Shown here: piece by piece, positions 6,851 through 12,247 of the stretch
Layout: the number at the start of each line of letters is the position of its first letter
Position numbering within the stretch: position 1 is the stretch's first letter
Assembly (NCBI GenBank): GCA_048938445.1
Contig: JBHLME010000134.1
Span: 1 to 12,247, forward strand
Reading direction: 5' to 3'
Length of the DNA stretch: 12,247 bases
Source of the DNA: Promethearchaeota archaeon
GTDB lineage: Archaea > Asgardarchaeota > Lokiarchaeia > Sigyniarchaeales > SOKP01
Translations under genes and position numbers: made by a program
The notes under the pieces: generated by a model
Seen by the model: only the letters and a program-made list of their open reading frames with translations
What the model was told of the DNA's origin: nothing
Databases searched by the model: none

Positions 6851-7399
6851 GTGTTAATACTGTTAAAAGCTGACGCTACTTATAAAATTGCTATATTTGG
6901 AGAAAGTACTGTAGGGAAAACAACTCTCACACAGAGATATCTAACAGGAATATTTAAAATAGACCCTCAATTAACGATGGGTGCGGAAATTTTCATAAAA
7001 TATATAAATGTAAAGGAAAAAAGGGTAGTTCTTCAAATTTGGGACTTTGGTGGAGAGGAGCGTTTTAGATTTCTATTACCAACATATGCTAGTGGTAGCT
7101 CTGGTGGGATATTCATGTTTGATATCACTAGACCTTCTAGTTTATCTAGTATTGAAGGTTGGTTAGAAGTCTTTAATTCAGGATTACAGGAAAATATAAA
7201 AGATATCCCTATTTTACTTGTAGGAGGGAAATCAGATTTAAGTACTCAAAGAGAAATTTCAAGAGATCTAGCTATGAAACAAATAAATGCGTATAATTTG
7301 TTTGATTATGTAGAATGTTCTTCCAAAACAGGAGAAAATGTTGAATTAATCTTCGAAATTTTAGTTAATGAAATAATGAATAGAGCAGGTATTATTTAG
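6851..7399 (+). CDS. Ras-superfamily (Rab/Roc-like) small GTPase
   Basis: G1 GESTVGKTT, G2 LTMGAEI, G3 IWDFGGEE followed by RFRFLLPTY, FDIT, G4 VGGKSD, G5 ECSSKTGENVE. No C-terminal Cys. The start is uncertain (GTG 6851 vs CTG 6860). Confidence 0.95.
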   Translation: MLILLKADATYKIAIFGESTVGKTTLTQRYLTGIFKIDPQLTMGAEIFIKYINVKEKRVVLQIWDFGGEERFRFLLPTYASGSSGGIFMFDITRPSSLSSIEGWLEVFNSGLQENIKDIPILLVGGKSDLSTQREISRDLAMKQINAYNLFDYVECSSKTGENVELIFEILVNEIMNRAGII

Positions 7400-7535
7400 G
7401 TGTGATTTTATTTTTATTATAATTATTATTTCTTCTTACTCATATAAGATTAAATACTTGGATTGATTTTTTTATTTAAGAAAATTTAAGAGAGCAATTG
7501 AATTCAAACAATTAAAAATTCAGTCGTTTAATATA

Positions 7536-9287
7536 ATGAAATTTTATAATTTGACAATTCTTTTTTCTAAACTCGAGGAGAAGTCAGGAAAGCTAGAGAA
7601 AATAGATATTTTAGCAGATTTTTTTGAGAAAATTAAATTAAATAAGGATTTTTCAGATTTAGATAAAATAATATATTTATTACAAGGTCACTTGGTTTCT
7701 AACATCAAACAATTTCCAAAAATGGGGATTGCAGAAAAAATGATCATTGAAGCTTTATCAATTCACTCGGGGATTAACAAAAATAAAATTAAAGAGATTT
7801 TAGTAAAAAAAGGAGACATAGGTGCAGCAGCAGAAATAGTTTTATCTGAAAAAAAGTCACAAAAATCGTTAATGGATTTTAATAAAAATTTCGGATCAGA
7901 TATGTCATCCTTGGAAATCTCTGAACTTTATTCTGAATTGGAAAAAATCTCTTTTACAAGTGGAGCTGGTTCAAATGATATAAAATTAGGTATATTGAGA
8001 GGATTGATGAAAAATCCCCTAGAAACAAAATATTTACTAAGAATCATAACTTCGACATTAAGAGTAGGTGCTGCGACTCAAACGATTTTAGAAGGTATAG
8101 CATTAGGATTTACTGGAACAAAGGAAAATAAAGAATATATTGAGAGAGCTTTTAATTTACATCCAGACTTAGGGGATATTGCTATGATTCTTGCTGAAAA
8201 AGGAATAGAGGCAGTAAAGAAAGTAAAAATTCATTATGGAATACCAATTAGAATGATGCTTGCATCAAGAGTTCCATACACGGAAATCGAAACTAAACTT
8301 GGGAATCCTTTTATCGCAGAATATAAGTTAGATGGAGAAAGGCTTCAAGTTCATAAAAAAGGAGATGAGATCAAGTTATTTTCAAGACGATTATTAGAAA
8401 TAACAGAACGATATCCGGATGTTTGTGAAATTTTAGAAAAGAGCATTATGGCTAAAAATGCAATACTTGAAGGTGAGGTCGTAGCTATGGATCCTTTTTA
8501 TGAAAAAATGCTTCCCTTTCAAGTGTTAAGTAAAAGGAGAAGAAAATATGATATAGAAGAGATGAAAAAAGAAGTTCCTGTATGTCTATTTTTATTTGAT
8601 TTATTGCAATTTGAAAATGAATCGTTCATTGATAAATCTCTTTTAAAGCGTAGAAAAAAGCTTGAAGAAATTGTAAAAGAAAGTGATGAGTTACGCTTGG
8701 TAAAATCAATTTCCATAAAAAATACTGAAGAGCTAATTAATTTCTTTAATGAAGCAAGAGAAAGAGGCAATGAAGGTATAATGACAAAATCCATCCAACC
8801 TGATTCAGTTTATCAACCAGGAAACCGTGGATATTTATGGATAAAATTAAAGGGATTGGAAGGAGGTAAATTATTAGATACTGTAGATATTGTATTGGTA
8901 GGAGCATTTTATGGAACTGGACGACGAACTGGTGTTTATGGGACATATTTAGGTGCCGTTTATGATTCAAATGTTGGAAATTTTGAATCATTTACAAGAA
9001 TCGGATCGGGCTTTACAGATGAAATGTTAAATACATTAAAAGAATTAGTTCATCCACTAGAAGTTAAAAATAAACCAAAAAATGTAATTTGTGAAGATAA
9101 ACCAGATGTATGGATAAAACCAGAAATTGTTGTTGAAATTATAGGGGATGAAATAACATTAAGTGATAAATTTTCATCTTTGGGTTATTCAATGAGATTT
9201 CCCGTATTCCAAAGAATAAGACCAGAAAAAGACCCAAATGATATCACAACCACAGATGAAATAAAGCAATTATATGAAACTCAATAA
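7536..9287 (+). CDS. lig: ATP-dependent DNA ligase (archaeal/eukaryotic ligase I type)
   Basis: N-terminal DNA-binding domain, then motif I EYKLDGER (adenylated Lys), III LEGEVV, IIIa LFDLL, IV EGIMTK, V WIKLK, OB-fold GAFYGTGRRTG and IGSGFTDE, and VI RFPVFQRIRPEK. Confidence 0.97.
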   Translation: MKFYNLTILFSKLEEKSGKLEKIDILADFFEKIKLNKDFSDLDKIIYLLQGHLVSNIKQFPKMGIAEKMIIEALSIHSGINKNKIKEILVKKGDIGAAAEIVLSEKKSQKSLMDFNKNFGSDMSSLEISELYSELEKISFTSGAGSNDIKLGILRGLMKNPLETKYLLRIITSTLRVGAATQTILEGIALGFTGTKENKEYIERAFNLHPDLGDIAMILAEKGIEAVKKVKIHYGIPIRMMLASRVPYTEIETKLGNPFIAEYKLDGERLQVHKKGDEIKLFSRRLLEITERYPDVCEILEKSIMAKNAILEGEVVAMDPFYEKMLPFQVLSKRRRKYDIEEMKKEVPVCLFLFDLLQFENESFIDKSLLKRRKKLEEIVKESDELRLVKSISIKNTEELINFFNEARERGNEGIMTKSIQPDSVYQPGNRGYLWIKLKGLEGGKLLDTVDIVLVGAFYGTGRRTGVYGTYLGAVYDSNVGNFESFTRIGSGFTDEMLNTLKELVHPLEVKNKPKNVICEDKPDVWIKPEIVVEIIGDEITLSDKFSSLGYSMRFPVFQRIRPEKDPNDITTTDEIKQLYETQ

Positions 9288-9326
9288 AAATTAAAAAGAG
9301 ATCATGTAAATGTCAATTAGTATGAT

Positions 9327-10616
9327 TCAGTAATAATTAGGATATACTTGAATGCCCTTTTCTCCTAACTTTTCAATAAATTGGGGTATTTGAGTTAAAT
9401 TATTCCCACCAAAATAAAATTCTTTTAAGAATTCCAAATTGATGACTGATTCTGGAATTTCAACAAGATTATTTTTAGATATGTTTAAATATTCTAATAA
9501 AATTAAGTTTTTTATGAATTTTGGAATGGATTTTAATTTATTTTTTTCACAATTTAAAACTTTAAGTTTACTCAGATTACCTAATGATTCGGGTAAGCTT
9601 ATAATCATATTGCAGCTAACATTTAGATATTCTAAGTTTATTAACTCTCCAAGAGATGCAGGTAGAAATGTTAAATAATTTTCAAAAAGATTCAATTTTT
9701 TTAATGAGATAAGGTCTCCTATAGATTCAGGAATAACCTTTAATTGATTTAATCCTAAATCTAATACTTCCAAATGAGAAAGAGAACAGATTTCATTAGG
9801 CAATTCTTCAAGCTTGTTTATATTTAAGGATAAAAATTTGAGAAATCTTAATTTCCCAATAGAAGATGGTAAAGAAGTTAAAGAATTAGAGTATAAATCT
9901 AATTCTTCTAAAAGTGTTAAGGAGTCAATCCAATCAGGAATCGTGGTAATTTGATTATATCTTAAACTTAATTTTTTTAAAAATTTTAAATTTTTTATCT
10001 CTTCTGGAACAGTTTTTAATCCCTTAAATTGAAAATCTAGTTCAATAATTTTAGAATTACTGATTTTATATTGAATTCTCCAAAATTTTTTTTTGAAAAA
10101 TAATAAAGTATAGAAATTAATAAGAATATCTGATAATTCTTGAATTTCAAGTTTTTCAATAGTTTTTTGTTCATAAAGTGTTTCATATCCTATTTTAAAC
10201 TCACTATTTTTAACGTATTTTAGACCATTTTCAAGCATTGATCTTGAATTAGTAGAAACTAAAAAGTTTAGCGTTTTAATGATGGTTTGATACAAAATTT
10301 TTAAAAGTTCAGGTGAATATTCATAAATAAGAGCCCAATTAATTGGTTTAAACGCATTTTCATAATAATCTCGATTAATTATTCTAGCTGCCGCAATTCT
10401 TACACTCTCATCTGAATCTGAAATCAAAAGATTTTCTAATAAATTAAAAATATTTTGACTTTTTATTCCGATCTTGCCTAAAACATTAACTCCTTCTGTT
10501 CTAATATTGTGAAAATTACTATTTTCAATTAAATCAATTAACTTTTCTATTGTTGTTTCTTTATCCAATGTACCGTTACTATAATTGCTTAAAATTTTAT
10601 CAGGAGAAAGTTCCAT
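9327..10616 (-). CDS. HEAT-like N-terminal domain + LRR protein (about 10 LRRs of 23 aa)
   Basis: N-terminal LENLLISDSDESVRIAAARII (HEAT-like) and repeats LxxLxLxxNxLxxLPxxIxxLxx. No signal peptide or TM segment visible. Confidence 0.93.
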   Translation of the reverse strand: MELSPDKILSNYSNGTLDKETTIEKLIDLIENSNFHNIRTEGVNVLGKIGIKSQNIFNLLENLLISDSDESVRIAAARIINRDYYENAFKPINWALIYEYSPELLKILYQTIIKTLNFLVSTNSRSMLENGLKYVKNSEFKIGYETLYEQKTIEKLEIQELSDILINFYTLLFFKKKFWRIQYKISNSKIIELDFQFKGLKTVPEEIKNLKFLKKLSLRYNQITTIPDWIDSLTLLEELDLYSNSLTSLPSSIGKLRFLKFLSLNINKLEELPNEICSLSHLEVLDLGLNQLKVIPESIGDLISLKKLNLFENYLTFLPASLGELINLEYLNVSCNMIISLPESLGNLSKLKVLNCEKNKLKSIPKFIKNLILLEYLNISKNNLVEIPESVINLEFLKEFYFGGNNLTQIPQFIEKLGEKGIQVYPNYY

Positions 10617-10659
10617 TACATTAATTATAGAGATCTTTATTTTTTAATTTTAATTACAT

Positions 10660-12165
10660 TTATCGAGGTATTTTTAAACCATTTAGTTCTAACTCATTTA
10701 AAAATTTTGGAAGCTTTTTATTAAATTTATTATAATTTAAATTAATAGTTTTAAGTGATTTTAATTCCATTAAAGTTTCTGGAAGGTCTTCAAGTTTATT
10801 CCCCCATAGGTTTAATTCTTCAAGTGAATTTAGTGAACCTATCCATTCTGGAATAGATGAAATGTTATTCCAACTTAAATTTATTTTTTTTAATGATTTT
10901 AACTGCTCTAATGAAACGGGTAATTCTTTAATTTTATTATTTCTTAAATTTAAGGTTTCTAATGAAGATATTTCACCAATACACTCCGGAATTTCTTCTA
11001 GATCATTATTATATAATTCTAACTCTTTAAGAGAATGTAGGGAATTAAAACAGTCGGGTAATATGGATAATAATTTATTAACACCTAATCCTAATTTTTC
11101 CAAATTATGTAAATTACTCATACTTTCTGGTAGATTTATTAAGTTATTCATTCCAAGTTCTAATATTTTTAATGAAGTCATGTTTCCAATGTCTTCAGGT
11201 AAATAATTCAATTGATTTCCATATAAATCTAAAATTTCAAGGTTTGGAATTTGAAAAATTGTATCGGGAAGTTTTTTTATCCTATTTGCTCTTAAATCCA
11301 GTTTTTTAAGTGATTTTAAGGAAGATATTGATTGAGGAATTGAATTCAAGTCATTATATCTTAAATATAATGTTTCAAGCGATGAGAGCGTGCCTATTTT
11401 TTCAGGAAGTGATTTTACTTTATTATAACTTAAATCTAAATATTTAAGAGACTTTAATAAACTAATAGAATCAGGAATAATTCCAAGTCTATTAATTCTC
11501 AAATCTAATCTTTTTAATGAAGATAATACTCCAATAAATTCAGGTAAATTCTTTAAAAGATTTAAATTGAAGATATTACTTCCCAATGAAGATAAATCTA
11601 ATTCATCTAATTTTCCATTTTTAAGCTTGAAATCAATTTTTCCATATTTTTTTTCAAAATAATCGATTACTAAAAAATTGAGAAGTGTTTTAGCTAACAT
11701 TTCCCCGGATAAATCTTCGATTTTGGTGTTTTTTAAAATCTGATCTAAATATTTCTTACATTTCTCGTTTTCAATTTCTTTTAATTTATCAAGTAAAATC
11801 TTTTTTGAAAATAAGTTGTCGATTTCCCCTAAAATATTTATAATAATATTTAAAAAGTTTAAGGAGGTTTCATGAAGGAGCGAATATTTCATTAAAGGTA
11901 ATGCTTTATCAGGAAATAATTCCTTAATTCCTTTAGCAGCAATCATTTTGATTTTATGATTTGAATCTGATATTAGTAAATTTTCTAAAAAATTAAATAT
12001 TCTTCCATTTTTTAGTCCAATTTCAACTAATATTTCAAGACTTTGAATTCTAATATTAATACGTTCAGAATTATCTATTAAAAATATCAATAGGTTAATA
12101 GCAGAAGATTTATCAATGTTTTCATTTATTAGATCTTCATATATTGTTTTTGGAGAAATCATCAT
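10660..12165 (-). CDS. HEAT-like N-terminal domain + LRR protein (about 13 LRRs, mostly 23 aa)
   Basis: N-terminal LENLLISDSNHKIKMIAAKGI, 12 regular LRRs plus one atypical first repeat. ATG 12165 (MMISP) aligns with the paralogues' MELSP/MELTP and is preferred over TTG 12171. Confidence 0.93.
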   Translation of the reverse strand: MMISPKTIYEDLINENIDKSSAINLLIFLIDNSERINIRIQSLEILVEIGLKNGRIFNFLENLLISDSNHKIKMIAAKGIKELFPDKALPLMKYSLLHETSLNFLNIIINILGEIDNLFSKKILLDKLKEIENEKCKKYLDQILKNTKIEDLSGEMLAKTLLNFLVIDYFEKKYGKIDFKLKNGKLDELDLSSLGSNIFNLNLLKNLPEFIGVLSSLKRLDLRINRLGIIPDSISLLKSLKYLDLSYNKVKSLPEKIGTLSSLETLYLRYNDLNSIPQSISSLKSLKKLDLRANRIKKLPDTIFQIPNLEILDLYGNQLNYLPEDIGNMTSLKILELGMNNLINLPESMSNLHNLEKLGLGVNKLLSILPDCFNSLHSLKELELYNNDLEEIPECIGEISSLETLNLRNNKIKELPVSLEQLKSLKKINLSWNNISSIPEWIGSLNSLEELNLWGNKLEDLPETLMELKSLKTINLNYNKFNKKLPKFLNELELNGLKIPR

Positions 12166-12247
12166 CTTCAAGTAGAAACTAGTACAATGAATATTTTTAA
12201 TTTTAGTTTATCAAATATAAAATTATAATACTTTTTTATTATATTCG

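Noticed and set aside
6024-8991. Antisense ORFs 6024..6230, 8519..8794 and 8746..8991
   Set aside because: They are shadows of the gelsolin-like gene and the DNA ligase, with no independent support.
9285-10652. Imperfect inverted repeats (TAAAAATTAAAAAGAGATC and GATCTTTATTTTTTAATTTTA) bracketing the 429-aa LRR gene as possible mobile-element ends
   Set aside because: The match is gapped and low-complexity, with no target-site duplication or transposase. A T-tract terminator and a promoter explain them more simply.
9439-11206. Plus-strand ORFs 9439..9678 and 10862..11206
   Set aside because: They are antisense to LRR arrays, and their composition mirrors the sense codons.
9360-11560. 69-bp periodicity in the LRR genes as a CRISPR array, DNA tandem repeat or DGR template/variable repeat pair
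   Set aside because: The periodicity is at protein level with divergent codons. I saw no identical DNA repeats, no adenine-specific repeat pair and no reverse transcriptase in the window.

Overview
A very AT-rich archaeal chromosomal segment. The gene content suggests an Asgard archaeon of the Lokiarchaeia/Promethearchaeota type; this is an inference from the eukaryotic-signature-like proteins, an archaeal ATP-dependent ligase and GGTGA-type ribosome-binding sites. Housekeeping genes are hisG-hisD-hisC (minus strand) and an ATP-dependent DNA ligase with a PCNA-binding-like motif. Interleaved with these are five other elements. (1) Three paralogous cytoplasmic HEAT-like + leucine-rich-repeat (LRR) proteins, one running off the left edge and absent from the ORF track. 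(2) A gelsolin-like-domain protein with a Pro/Thr/Lys linker and an unrecognised C-terminal domain. (3) A Rab/Roc-like small GTPase with altered G3/G4 motifs. (4) A protein the ORF track truncates: its frame stays open 122 codons further upstream with no ATG/GTG/TTG, adding a CxxC...CxxC zinc ribbon ahead of two predicted longin-like domains, and it probably starts at a non-canonical ATC behind a well-spaced SD-like motif. (5) A possible second non-canonical start (CTG) for the GTPase. No RNA genes, CRISPR arrays or mobile elements were seen. All fold assignments are by eye and need HMM or structure confirmation.
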